DNA of 64,000 bases from Octopus sinensis (Eukaryota): NCBI RefSeq assembly GCF_006345805.1, contig NC_042999.1:84692001-84756000 (forward strand), written 5' to 3'. The notes under the pieces are model-generated. The model made no database searches. It was not told the DNA's origin and worked only from the letters and a program-made list of their open reading frames with translations. The translations under genes were made by a program, and so were the position numbers. This document shows, in pieces, positions 49,201 through 62,279 of the stretch. Positions within the stretch are counted from its first letter, which is position 1; the number at the start of each line of letters is the position of its first letter.

Positions 49201-50094
49201 CGTTTTACATACTGTTGATGTATATTAGTTCAGGGACATATATTGAAGGTAGTGGAGACATTGACAGGAATATATCGTCAGAATAATTCGTTTATATAGA
49301 AATTCGATAAAATTATTTGTCATGAGAAGAGTAGAATATATATGGTTTCAACTCCACCTCTTTGTCTGAGAGTAAAGAAAGAGAGAAAAACAATTTTATT
49401 ATCGCTTTTTTTACCAACCTGTGTATATTCACATATATGATCAATCACAAGAATGAACTCATGTCAGCAGTCAACGTTTAACGTGTGCCCACGTCTTCAT
49501 GTATTTATGTATATATTTATGCATGTTTTTATAAAACAGCTACGTACATTTGTCATAGAAATCATCTCTCTCATTGTGATATAATACCAGAGGAAAACCG
49601 GTATGATTTAGCACATCTTTGTCCTATTAATAATAGCCAGAAATTGAAGATGCATATGTGCATTTGGAATAAATTTGTTCTACAAGAAAAAGAAATAGAG
49701 GGCCCAGATTCTGTATTGCCTGACCTTACCACTGCTCTTCAAAATCTAGCATACAATCTCAGTATGTTTACAAACACGTAATAGATTTCATTATACTCTA
49801 AATGCTGAAATATTTTGTTAATTTCTGACTACTATTTCTGCATCTAGCGTATATTTTTAGCCTGTCAATAATTATATATATGCCTGCTTTTGTAACTATA
49901 TAAAATTTAAACTTTTACATATTGCATTCTAGTTTTGGAGAATGCCATGAAATAAGATCTAATTTGAATTTGAGAATATAAAACTGTTCCGATTCTCTTC
50001 AGAACCTTATTCAATACGTTTTACTGTTAACAATTTGGAAACATTGAAACAAAATATCTGAAAAGGAATGTATATTATTTGATAGTTTATTCGA

Positions 50095-50195
50095 GGGTGA
50101 CCAAATAGATGGACCCTGCTAAAGAGGCACCAACAATATTGCAAGGTTGCATTTACAACAGTGAGTAGTTGCTGTAGTGGAAACACGTGTAGGAC
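50095..50195 (+). repeat. Unclassified ~100-bp repeat, copy 1
   Basis: Aligns with the reverse complement of 62280-62385 (about 75-80% by eye). Confidence 0.7.
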
Positions 50196-50276
50196 ATTAT
50201 AATATGCTGTATATAACTATCAAATAAATTTTATAGGTGTACAAGTCGCCATAATCTTCATCATAATCATTATTAC

Positions 50277-50353
<77 letters not shown>

Positions 50354-50539
50354 TATTATCATTATTAAGCACTCCAGACAATTTTTACTGTCCAGCGAAG
50401 AAAACAAGGACTTACCCATCGGAAAAACAACTAACAACTAAAGGTAGTCACAGACGTTGGATACTGATCGTTGTGGTTAACCGTTAACTGGAACTTACCT
50501 GAGAGCTAATACGCTATCCACCCGGATAATACATCCCTC

Positions 50540-50747
50540 CAAACTCACGGCTGTGGCCATGCTGGTGCAGCGCTTTGAAGAAGTTGTAGTCGGATAAATT
50601 GACCACAAAACTTTCTATTTATTTATTTTTGAGCTTGGTACATTTCCAATTGATCCCTTTGTAGAACCACCATCTTATGGGGACGGAAACACGTCGACAC
50701 TGGTTGTCAAGCGGTGGTTAGGGATAATCACACAAACACACACACGA

Positions 50748-50779
<32 letters not shown>

Positions 50780-50783
50780 ACGC

Positions 50784-50823
<40 letters not shown>

Positions 50824-50832
50824 ACGCACACG

Positions 50833-50896
<64 letters not shown>

Positions 50897-51050
50897 CGAC
50901 GGGCTTCTTTCAGATTCCGTCTACCAAATCCACTCACAAACCTTTTGTCGGCCCGAGACTCTAGTAGAACACTCTTGCCCAAGGTTCAACGCAGTGGGAC
51001 TGAACCCGGAACAAGTTGGTCGGGAAGCAAGCTTTCTACCAAACAGCCAC
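50540..51050 (-). mobile_element. tRNA-derived SINE with internal (TA)/(CA) microsatellite, near full length
   Basis: Minus head ggctgtttggtagaaagcttgcttcccg...ccgggttcagtcccactgcg (A/B boxes), body ggatttggtagacggaatctgaaagaagcccgtcgta, internal microsatellite, 3' part accagcatggccacag; related 3' pieces at ~17610-17690 and 54520-54700. Confidence 0.85.
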
Positions 51051-51254
51051 GTTTGCGCCTGTGCGTGTGTGTGTGCGTTTATTTCTATGTATGTATTATG
51101 TATCTGTGTGGGTGGTTGTTTGTATGTATGCACACACACACACATATTTATGCACATGTATGTATGTATATATATATAAATATATATATATATGTGTGTG
51201 TGTGTGTGTACATGGAGAGAGAGAGAGAGATACAGCAGAATGACTGCCTAACAT

Positions 51255-51900
51255 AGTTTATGCACCAGTTTGATAGCATTTTAAATGCACTGAGAGGGCT
51301 CAAACACAGATGTCTTATATTTGATTTTAGAAAAGCTTTTGTCAAAGACAATCACATACTTCTACTGAAAGAAATTACTTCATATTGTAGTCTATTAGAT
51401 ACTACTGTAGTGAATTAAATGATGTGGTCGATGGAGTTAAATATCGAGTGGTGTCTTCCAGCGGATTACGTCGACCCACCCTTTGCGTTATTTACGAAAA
51501 TGGCATTCCTTGGAATAGAAGATATACTTAAACAGACATATTGTCTTCTGTCAGGAGCGCTTCTCGCAATGCCAAATTATATCAGAGCCTTAGTTGTAGA
51601 TGTGCACAACAACAAAACCTGAAATTCACACATCAATAATAAAATTCTTATGTCCTGTAGAATGTGGCCATGGATCCTATGTAGAGAACCTGATGACATC
51701 AGTCTTCTCTATTCTATGTTTGCCTGGTCAGACATTGAATGCTGCTGCCAACTGTTGTCCTCTTATATAAACAAAGCATTTTGAGAATTGATGCACACTA
51801 CAGACTGATCTCGAAAAATAATAGCGTGACATGCCTTGATTATCGGATTGTCTAAAATTCTATTCTCCTCCACGCTGCTATAATGTGAAAAAATATTCTA
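51255..51900 (+). mobile_element. Highly decayed CR1-type RT fragment
   Basis: DVLY.DFRKAFVKDNHILLLKEITSY resembles the DxIYLDFxKAFDxVxH motif. Confidence 0.55.
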
Positions 51901-51916
51901 TCAATATTGTTTAAAT

Positions 51917-52269
51917 CAATTGTTATCAACTGGGATCCATATGGCTCCTTGAGAGACTATATAAGATTTTTGGGGTCAACACAACAAAATAATAAATTGG
52001 GGATCCAAAATAATACTTTAAGGGCCCCTGAAAATATGTTGTTTTAGATGCTTGTGTTGGTATTTATTGCAAGAAAGAGTTGGGTTTCTTTCTCAAACAT
52101 TTTACATAGTTCAAACTACATAAGGGAATGTGGAAAGAGAAAATAAGAATTTTGAAATAACTTTCTATGAAACTTGTTTTAAACATTGAATGGCTACGGG
52201 CGTCCACCAGAATAAAACAGTAATAGAAGGGGTCTATAAATAAAAATTTTAAATGGCTGAGAACCCCCG
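51917..52269. mobile_element. hAT/Charlie-type MITE, decayed
   Basis: Ends caattgttatcaac / gctgagaacccccg resemble CAGtGGTTcTCAAC TIRs; flanking 8-mers gtttaaat / atctaaat (6/8) fit the NTCTAGAN target preference. Confidence 0.5.
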
Positions 52270-52379
52270 ATCTAAATGGTGCCAATATCAAGTTTACAAT
52301 TAACCCAAAACTTGATCTCAGTGCCATGCTCCACCCACATGTTCCAAGCACATATCTTGTAACAATAATGTGACTCGAC

Positions 52380-52810
52380 AGAAGTCATGTTTTATTCAGC
52401 ATTTCAGTGTAAGATATCAGAGATGGAAAAGGCCATATTGTATTCAATTGTACGTAGACAAATTTCTCCTAGGGATACGAAACAAACTCCGACATCAAGA
52501 AGCACTTCAGCAAGCAACAGCTCTATGCTCAAGTTCAAAAACATGACTCAGAAGGCTTGTCCAGGCGGTGTAAATAAGTTAGTTGGACTTGATCGGAGCC
52601 AAAAGGAATTCATTTTACGAGAGAAAACACCTTCTGAACAAAGAGTTAAAGTGTTTCTACATCATATGATTCCAGATATGAAGTCTCAACTGGAGAATTT
52701 ATGCAATAGCCTGATGAAAGATCCACAAAATAATAATCAGCAGAACCACGTTTGACGTCTGCATATTGGAAAAAAACGGTGTGCAAATCACTGCTTGAAA
52801 AGATTCATGC
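52380..52810 (+). mobile_element. Probable RTE-clade LINE 3' relic
   Basis: KAILYS and GLDRSQ resemble the RTE C-terminal PKxILYxEL and AxDRxxW motifs; terminal VCKSLL...IH resembles a decayed C2H2. Confidence 0.4.
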
Positions 52811-52899
52811 ATAAATTGCATAATCCTGCTATTAACGGTGCACTAAACACTTAAGAGAAACTGGTCCTCTAAGAATAACTTGCATATATATTTGTGTGC

Positions 52900-52945
<46 letters not shown>

Positions 52946-52982
52946 ATATGTATATATATATATATATATAACATATACATAC

Positions 52983-53033
<51 letters not shown>

Positions 53034-54027
53034 TATAGATATACATAAACACATACACTCACACGCGTGTGTGTGGGAATATACTTATATGCTTGCACGT
53101 ATGTCTTATGTATGTATATAAGTATGTACATACGCATACAAATATATATAAGCATAATTGTTTGCATATATGCATAGACATATATACATATTATCAATAA
53201 AAGTGCATTTTGTTTCTTTTTCTTATCATACTTTGCTTCTATAATCATATTTTAGATTTATTGCACCCACTTCCCAAATATTAATTATTCCAAATCAAGA
53301 ACTATATGGAAATATATTTCCTTTAGAATTGTTTGAAAGTTCGATAAACTACTGATAATAGTTTCGACGCGTCAGGAGATTACCTCTAACTCTATGACGT
53401 ATACCAGCGATAAACTAGTTATATTAAACAATATCAATCAATTTTATTGATTACCGTATCAATAGATATTAATGGAGAAATTATACGTCATACCAGTTGC
53501 TATGCCTCTTTAAGAGTGTTGTATGTACGTCATGTTCGAGCAATCAGTCATTTACATTCGTCAAGATTGATCTTTAAGAAATCCATGGGAAATTTTCAAT
53601 ACTCAAACGGTAATCTTTTTTTATTTGAATGCACAGTTCTAACTCCACGTATTAATGAATATGATTGAGGAGTAGGAATAACTAAACCATTAGAATCTGA
53701 GAGAGATATATAAAAAAAATGAGATACACACAAACAAAGAGTGAGTCTCAGGTAAGAGGGAGTAAGACGGAGATTGACTGATGAAGATAGAATAGACGGA
53801 GACAGTTGGGAGAGCCATGGGAACATAAAGTCAAACTAACAGTGAATTTAAGTTATATGGCTACATGGAATATCGGAAATAGGACATGCAGATACGTATA
53901 TATTCAAATCCAAGTGTTTACAATTTTGCAGTGTATGTACACATATACACACACCTACGAGCCCACAGATACATTTACACACTAACATGCACAAACACTT
54001 ACACACAGACACACACACACATATATA

Positions 54028-54065
<38 letters not shown>

Positions 54066-54437
54066 CTAGCTGTATCGCCCGGCGTTGCTCGGGTTTGTAA
54101 GGGAAATAACTATAAAGCATTTTTAGAGAGTTATAGCCAAAAAATGGGAAAAAAATGATGATAAATTTTTTTTTTAGTTAAAAAGGTCGAGTTGCGTCCC
54201 CTAGACAGTCTGTGGTTTGTGTTTCTGATTCTCGACCCCATGTCGAATTTATCGATTTTTTTCAGGACTGGGGGAACTTTTCAAAATTTTCGCTGCGTTA
54301 GTTTTGAATTATGACATTGGGCTATGTGTGTGTCAAGTTTCATCAGAATCGGTTGAAAGCCGTGGTCAGGGTGAGGGTACAACCTAACAGACACACAGAA
54401 ACACACACAGACAAACTGCCGTTTATATATAGAGAGA

Positions 54438-54440
<3 letters not shown>
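54066..54440 (-). mobile_element. Non-autonomous Helitron, 375 bp, inserted in a (TA)n tract
   Basis: Minus strand A|TC start at 54440; subterminal hairpin cccgagcaacgccggg; CTAG|T end at 54066; no TSD; internal acag/acac repeats. Confidence 0.85.
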
Positions 54441-54472
<32 letters not shown>

Positions 54473-54519
54473 TATAAATATAGATATATAGATATAGATA
54501 TACACATACATATATTCTT

Positions 54520-54715
54520 TTATTCTTTTACTTGTTTCATTCATTTGTCTGTGGCCATGAGAGAGTACGGCCTTTTAGTCGAACAAATTGACCCAAGGAC
54601 TTATTCTTTGAATCAGTCTCTTTTGCCGAACTGCTAAGTTATGGGGACGTAATCACACCAACATCGGATGTCAAGTAATAGCGGGAGGACAAGTGCAGAC
54701 ACACAAATACACGCA
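54520..54715 (-). mobile_element. 3' fragment of the same SINE family as 50540-51050
   Basis: tttacttgtttcattcatt...gtggccatg...ttttgccgaactgctaagttatggggacgt. Confidence 0.7.
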
Positions 54716-54729
54716 CACATACACACACA

Positions 54730-54802
<73 letters not shown>

Positions 54803-55148
54803 GAAATAATATGTTACATTATTCGATAGTCAAGATAAAACTCTGAGTTTCAGATGCCGAAGTGGGAATCCACAACGCCATCTCTTCGGTTATCTGGCTA
54901 TTTGAAAACGCTATGAAAAAATACCGTTATACAAAGGGAAATTACTGTGTTATAACTCTGCTTGCCTGCGTACTTATACATCGCTATGTAAACGTACACA
55001 TCTTCACTCGCATTTTTCGCCATAAAAAATTATATAAAAATACATAAAAAATATATTAAAAATATACATAAAATATATATAAAAATATATGATAGAAGGT
55101 ATGATGAGGTAAAAAAACCTTCTTGGGACATAACATAGAAAGCATCTT

Positions 55149-56165
55149 CTATCTGTTTTCTTTAGGGGACCAAAAACGTAACAGAAATTTAGTCACATAT
55201 GGGCATGATCCGAAAAGTTCTGTCCTTGAGTTTAGACATGTAGTAGGGTCTAAGCTGCTTTTCCAGATAAGCCATCTCTCCATGTCGCATAGACCGCACC
55301 TTCCGCTGCCGTTGGTATAGGGCTTACATTTGGCCAAAATCTTCCAATGTATGTTATAATCGACACCTTTAACCCTTAAAGACCAAATATGATTAGATAA
55401 TTGTGCCGCTTTTCTTTTGTTCCAGTGCTTAAAGCTCAAAGTGTGGTTATTGAACCTGGCCTTGAAATTACCCTCTGTAAGGCCCACGTATTTCTTCGTC
55501 GAAACGGTGTCTTTAGTGGTTATAGAGTCTACGGTAGCTTCATATATGATGGTCTTGGACATGCAAGCTCCATTTAGCGGGCACAATTCTTTATTCCTGC
55601 ATGAACAGCTGTTTTCTTGTGTTTTTTGTATGTTATGCTTGATTATGTTTTTAAAATTGGTAGTGGAACTAAAACTAATTTTTAAATTGTGTCTATTGAA
55701 GAGTTTCCTATAAGTATGGTTAACTGAAAATGTCTATCTATCAGTGCTAGGAAATATTTACCTATATTGAAGGCCACCTCGGGTGAGTAAGGGGGTGTAA
55801 ACCAGATGACCTTCCTATTTCTATTATTCCTTTTCCTTGCTGTTGGGCTAGTAACGGGTGTATATTTTATTTTTTCGTTAAAACCACTATCTTTTAAAGC
55901 CTTATTATTAACTGGGGCAACGCTATTAAAAATGTCCTTATCAGAGGAGAGGCTAGAAATCCTCTTACTAATATTTTTAACTAAATTTTTGAATACTATA
56001 GGGGGATGGCATGAACCTACATTAATATAACTTAGTCTATCATTGGGCTTCCTATAAGGCTTATAAATATTCTTATTAAGATCTAAGGAAACGTCTAAGA
56101 AATTGACAACCGTCAGGTTAGTATCTATAGTTATACTAAGTCCGAAGTATTTCATTAACTGGATT
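55149..56165 (-). mobile_element. Penelope-like element, 3' portion: RT C-terminus plus GIY-YIG endonuclease, one frameshift (~55725)
   Basis: IQLMKYFGLSITIDTNLTVVNFLDVSLDL, YKPYRKPND, SCHPP, KRISSLSS, VIWFTPPY; then CSCRNKELCPLNGAC, IIYEATV, KKYVGLTEGNFKARFNNH, LSNHIW, CGLC. Confidence 0.93.
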
Positions 56166-56192
56166 GAAGAAATTAATCTGGAAGAGTTGAGA

Positions 56193-56282
56193 TCTTGTTT
56201 TAGGAAGACATTCCCTGACGTACATTTCGCCATCTACAAAGATGATGCCCTCGCCTTAACAGCTAATACAAATGGACCAGCA
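56193..56282 (+). mobile_element. Inverted piece of the same Penelope RT carrying the catalytic YxDD motif
   Basis: + frame FRKTFPDVHFAIYKDDALALTANTNGPA; in Penelope RTs YRDD.LA...GP directly precedes the ..LIQL.K.FGL.IT segment found on the minus strand. Confidence 0.75.
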
Positions 56283-56294
56283 CAAAATGGTTGA

Positions 56295-57035
56295 TGCTTT
56301 CAACCATTTTGCCAAGTCCTCCTCCGCGACTTGTACCACCATTTCAAGAGCTTGTCCCTTCCAATACCTTTGGCGCGTTCTGTTAGCCTGCAAGACAACC
56401 ACCTTCTCTTCCATTCTCAGCAGTATGGCAGCCACCAGCCAGGCCACATTCACTTCTGGTGGTATATTTTCCATTCTCATCCCTGGAAGTACGTCTCCCA
56501 AAGTACACGGGTAGGAGTACCACCTCATCTGCCTTTAGTGGTTTGGCCGAGTACAGTTTGGCAGTTGATATCTCCTTCAGCTGCACCTCCACCGTTCCAT
56601 ATTTTCGTCCTCTGGCAAGTTATGCTATCTCCTGCCAGACCGACCTGAGTGCTTTTTCCACCTGTGTTTCCGACACCACTTCAATTTTCCTTGTTGCTGT
56701 GGCGTACGTTCTGTACGCAATTGTTCCTTCCTCCTTGTCCTTTGATACTCCCTTTCTAGTATTTCCTTGAACTTTCTCAACTCTTCCAGATTAATTTCTT
56801 CAATTTTTCTCTCGCCGCCACTCTGTAACTTCTCTTCTCCATTTCTTTGTCGATCTTGTTTAAGTATTCAACTAATTCTTCCTCAGACAAATCACATTCT
56901 AGGAAAGAATACCTCAACTTCTCCCAACTTCTCGCGCAACGCCCCTCCATTATACAAGAGGCTAAACGTCGCCCCACCAGGGCAGCAAAAAAACAACAAA
57001 AACTCGTGTGTACGAAACAAGTCCAACAATGCAAC
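56295..57035 (-). mobile_element. Coding-like relic, possibly LINE ORF1 (RRM/gag-like)
   Basis: Frameshifted minus reading LARGRKYGTVEVQLKE...LLPVYFGRRTS / MENIPPEVNVAWLVAAIL...; higher GC than flanks; family not certain. Confidence 0.4.
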
Positions 57036-57214
57036 TGAACGGTTTTTTATTACCTATTAACAGGCGTACATCGAAATCTTTAAGACAAATACAATACGTA
57101 CAGACAACACACAACGAGACAACATAAAATCGGGGAACTAAAGTTAGAAAATTGGCATTTGAGAAAATAAGTAAAACCAAGGAAAACGAATGAATTATGA
57201 AAAAGATAATACAA

Positions 57215-57252
57215 TCAGGCGGAATGCCCACTCGACCCCCGAAGTCGAGTGG
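57215..57252 (-). mobile_element. Helitron-like 3' terminus
   Basis: Perfect 9-bp stem ccactcgac/gtcgagtgg (57228-57252), followed 9 nt later on minus by CTGA|T (CTRR); 5' end not found. Confidence 0.45.
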
Positions 57253-57852
57253 TTACATTTAGACAGATTTTCTCTTCTTTATTCCCTCATTCTTTTCAAC
57301 AACACATTCTCGACCGTTTTTTCTCACCTTATTTCTCATTAGAAACAAAATTCACAAATATTTTCTTAACAAAAATAGTTCACATTTTTTTTCCACCAAA
57401 ATGATTATTCTAAATTTATTACGTCTCTCTTGAAAATTTCCAGCCTTGTATAGTCCACAATAGGCGGCCTTCCATTATAGTACACCGGTCCATCCATTTT
57501 TGCCATAAACTCTCTGTAATGTTTCCACAGTCGTTGCCCGCTGACTCACTCACCGTCACACACCTTTCCTCCTCTGCGAACCTCCACTTAGGTAGCTTTA
57601 CTCTCACCAAATTTTTGTACTTTGATATTTTCTTCTCTACCTCTATTGATTTGTTGTTAAAAAAAATCAGGACGCCTTTATGCTCACTTTTAAACTCATT
57701 GTCTTTGCACCTTCTGGTCTTTTCTCTACTTCTTATGTTTCAGGCAGCTTTATATCATTTATGTCCGTCTTATATATATACATACATATATACATACATA
57801 TATATACATTCATACATACATTTGTGTGTGTATATGTATATATGCTTGTGTG

Positions 57853-57940
<88 letters not shown>

Positions 57941-58369
57941 CATTGACAAGCGACATAACTCCGCCTTAATCCCATTTGGGAGTGATGGACATCGATGTTT
58001 CACCATTTTGGTGGTTTGTTAGCATCACGAAACCACTTGTGTTGAAGGCGAATCGCCTAGCTAGTCGACGACTATGCTCATGGCTTGTAAAATTATGAGC
58101 GCGTATGTCCAGAAATTACATACCTGAGAGAAAACTTACATATGAAGTGACTCTAAGGTGTTTTAACATCGGCGACATGGGCGTCATATACTCCGCTACG
58201 CCTTTGCAACCACAAGTAAATACACATTAGTATATGCATTTAATAATATTTATTACGCTACAGTTGCTGTTACTTCATATGTCAATACATGTGTATATAT
58301 CTATAATCTGCAGACGGGCAATAAACACACACACACGAGTACCAAAGCACACGTGCAGCATATAACCAA

Positions 58370-58620
58370 ATTATTTAGCAGCAGCAGTGTGAGCATCCTT
58401 TGTGCAGTTCTGTAGCGCGCACAAAAAATAATATTTTTGTGCATTTTGCCTTCTGAAGTTTTTCCTTTTTTACTAAAATACCGGTTCGAAAATACATCAA
58501 GTTCGCTGTCTGCTTCTCTTCCAACTTCCCACAGTCAGTTAGAAACAACTCTCCCAAACACGTTTTTTCGATGCTTTCCTTCTCTTCACCATGACCACAA
58601 TCCTATTTTCGAAACCCCGA
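58370..58620 (-). mobile_element. Possible piggyBac transposase C-terminal relic
   Basis: Fragments RQRT*CIF, KKGKT...NIIFC, ELHKGC loosely match the piggyBac cysteine-rich domain; no TTAA or TIR located. Confidence 0.25.
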
Positions 58621-59717
58621 TTCTTTTCCATTAAATCTACTTATTTAATGCATTTAAAAATTCGCTCTCTACGTATTATATCTGCATACTTGGAAACAAG
58701 ATACAATGCATTCCATTCCCACAAAATGCGACTGCACACGCTCTACCGACTATCGACCTACTTTCCTCATTGCCAGTATCCGAATTCTTATGGAAAGTAC
58801 TGAAGCGAATGACACTCTTCATTATTTTTTTGTATCTATTCCTACTCACTTACTATCATTACATCTTCCTTGAAACCATATGCACCGGAGACTTGTTCTC
58901 CTGTCATCCACCTGCGGTTTCTCGCTTTTGATAACTTAGACAATTTTGACATCAACAACTCTTCGGTGGTATCTGACATGAAAACGTTTCAACTATGCTA
59001 GCTTCAAACTAACTCTCTGAACAGATACTTTGAGAATGTAACAAATTATTTTCATTCTATTACACAAAACCACAAAAACTACACATACCAAATATATTGC
59101 TTTGTATCACAATGTCTGCATGTAAACAACATATACGTAAAACATCAACTGCTGCCACTGCAAAATTTCCCAATATCTAATGTTCTTACATGCTAACCTC
59201 ACATCTAAATTGCAGCTGTATCAATTCTAGCAGGAAATAAAAATTGTAAACAACATATAAATACTAATATAAACACTTAATGACATTATTATGTCTATTG
59301 AACATAAAAATATTTTAAAAAACTATAGACTCTTTAAAACTTAAAAAATAAAGCATAACTTGATATTATACATCGAAAAGAATGGAAATAATCGTAAATC
59401 AGATTTTTTTTTCATTTACTTTGGTTGTGGGTATTTTTATCCAACATTTTCCGATAAAATATATAAAATGACTGCTTTCAAGTTTGAAATTATTGATTTT
59501 TTAATATAAAAATGTTATCAGGGATGTCTATGGAGGTGGATACTTAACATTTCCTGTAAGAATGCTCTATAATGTGGTTTGAAGTCTGAACGTGGTATTA
59601 AAAGGTAATTTGAACTGAACATGAACTTTAATTACTATCACGATATATATGTATACGCACACACTAACACACACACACAAACACACACACTGATATATAT
59701 ATATAGATATGTATGAA

Positions 59718-59945
59718 GGCGGCGAGCTGGCAGAAACGTTAGCACGCCGGGCGAAATGCGTTGCCGTATTTCGTCTGCCGTTACGTTCAGAGTTCAAATT
59801 TCGCCGAGGTCGACTTTGTCTTTCATCCTTCCGGGGTCGATAAATTAAGTACCAGTTACGCACTGGAGTCGATGTAATCGACTTAATCCGTGTGTCTGTC
59901 CTTGTTTGTCTCCGCTGTGTTTAGCCCCTTGTGGGTAGTAAAGAA

Positions 59946-59947
<2 letters not shown>
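59718..59947 (+). mobile_element. Full-length tRNA-derived SINE with CORE-like central domain
   Basis: ggcggcgagctggcagaaacgttagc (A box), gagttcaaatttcg (B box), gccgaggtcgactttgtctttcatccttccggggtcgataaa, 3' end agccccttgtgggtagtaaagaaata. Confidence 0.88.
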
Positions 59948-59991
<44 letters not shown>

Positions 59992-59992
<1 letters not shown>

Positions 59993-60064
59993 ATATTGGC
60001 AGGGCTGGCCTGCTAGGTAGCCGGCCACTGGCCGGCTACCTAGCAGGCCAGCCCTGCCAATATA
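59992..60064. repeat. Perfect palindrome (36-bp arms, 1-nt spacer; 32-bp GC-rich core) inside (TA)n
   Basis: ttggcagggctggcctgctaggtagccggcca (59996-60027), c, tggccggctacctagcaggccagccctgccaa (60029-60060); pairing extends 4 bp into the TA flanks. Confidence 0.95.
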
Positions 60065-60173
60065 CACATATATTTGAATTTTCTCTGACTCCTCAGATTT
60101 TTTGAATGCTGGACTACTGGTTTTAAATTGATATTAAAATTAATATTAATTTATCTCCTTCAATTTTTAAATG

Positions 60174-60212
<39 letters not shown>

Positions 60213-62279
60213 CTAAGGTCAAGTTGGGTTTGAAGTTGTGGTATTTATATGATTTATATATATGTCATCGAGCAGTATATTATTGGCGTATTATTGGTCA
60301 GAATATTGATACGCTGACTATGCTATTTGATATTATTAACGACTGATAGACGTTTTCAAGCTGGAAGTATATAAAAAAACCTAGGTGGCTCTCTGTTGTG
60401 AAAAATTGTACAATTTTCCGGGAGGAGAAGAGGAGTTATTTCCTATAAATGTATTATTATTTCCGTAAAACGAAGCTAAGAACCTATACTTCCATTTAGA
60501 TATATCCAGATCTTGCAAGCAATTTCCAGTTGACTTTTGAAGGCATTGTTCCTATTTTAATCCTTATATATAGCTGGCTAGCGCCGTAACATTGCGCCTT
60601 TTTTGATTCTGAAAGAGGGTTTGTGATTACTGAGACTGACTCTAAAAGAATGTATTCCCATACTCAAAAAGCGAAACATTTGGATACTGCGCTTATGGGG
60701 GAAAATTCGTCTTGGTAATGTGGTCATCTCACTTATGAAGTGGGGTAAGATATATATATATATATATACAGACAACTAAAACTCTAAAACTGTTCACCCA
60801 CGGATAACATGACTCCACGGGAAGTAACTCTTCTCTAATCCCCACTAAGTGCTATATTTTTTCGATAGGTTTCGTTCCGCTTCTTTTTGCCTTCACTAAC
60901 ACACCGAGTCTGAAAATTACTTCCACCATAAAAATTTATGCCTTTCTGGAAAGTATGATGGTAGTCGAACCAAGAAAGAAAGGTTATATATATAAAACAA
61001 AAGCATTCTAATTTTTGATCGATGTCCAACTCTTGTAATTAACTGCAAAAGTTGTATTATGGGGCCCAAATTAACATAACACGAAAATATTCTTTTGGTC
61101 CATATAATACATTGACATAAATTTAGTAAACGCTTGTATATTTTTCGATTAATAAAAACTGTCCTCAATATATATGGAGCTTTGTTCTTTTAATGTTATT
61201 TGGTTTTTGAAAACTGACTGTACATCTTTATTTCATTGTGTAAATCGCTGAAGTTGGAAGAATTTTCTTTCACTATGCACTTGACTATTTTATGATCAAA
61301 TGTTCAATACAATAAAACATTCGGCAATTTCTCAGGATTTTTACCGCTAGATGCTGATGATCACTGTAGCATTTACTTATGAGTGAGTGAACCAGCAGAC
61401 TTCAGCTAAGTTAAATATATTTGTATTGGATGAATACCGTGGCCGTTAGAACATGTGATCCTCCAAATCCCTTATTTTCATTACACTACACTTGATTTTT
61501 GCCCTAAATTTGAGTGGACGGTAACGTGATTTGTGTTGTAATGCATTTGCCAATCATTTAAAACCTTGTTGCGATTTCCGTTTACCGGATATTATCTCAG
61601 TCACTCCGATTATTAGTATGTTCAATATGTGCAATTATCTACTTAATCATTGAGTCATAAACAAAAACTGATAGGAACACCAACCTATTGGTGCATATTC
61701 TATTGTGAATATTGAATATGTTGCTTAATAGTACAAGTGCCAGAGCAAGCATTAAAATTTACGAGCTTTTCCTTAACGTAGAATATTCAATCCAAGCTTG
61801 TTGATGCCAATAGTAATCGACCCCACTGCTACATCCAAGGCTAGATTGCAAAATATAGTTGTGTTAATACGTCTCTGTTTAAACACTCGTGTTACACTTG
61901 ATGTAAGAATTTCTAACACCCACCTGATACTTCTCATCCACTTATAAAAGACAGTTATCTTATGGGCCTCTGCAGAGAAAATTAAGAAGGAAAAATTTCA
62001 AGTCAAAATGTCTGTTACTTAATCGATGGTGTTTAAAGTTATAATCTTTAGTAACTTAAGCGCAGAGAATTTCTCTGAGTCAGCTAGTTTTGGGGCCGAA
62101 TAATTTGGAAATTTAAGCGATGTTTTACGAACGGTGAATCTGGAAGGAAATAAACCTATAAAAAGTAGCATGTAAGTATTGGTTTAAAAAATATTTGAAT
62201 AAAGAAAGGCTGCCTGTGGGACGACGGCGGCGTAGGTCTACAAAATGTATTTCATATTTATATACAGTATATTATAATG

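Noticed and set aside
52387-52755. 122-aa ORF as a host gene
   Set aside because: Better explained as a decayed RTE 3' region; no splice support.
57419-57610. Coding-like minus segment (RLWKHYREFMAKMDGPVYY) as a host exon
   Set aside because: No splice signals; lies among transposon relics; family could not be assigned.
57975-58125. GPCR TM3-like peptide VCNFWTYALIIL...VD* on minus
   Set aside because: Cys-to-DRY spacing is wrong and the frame stops.
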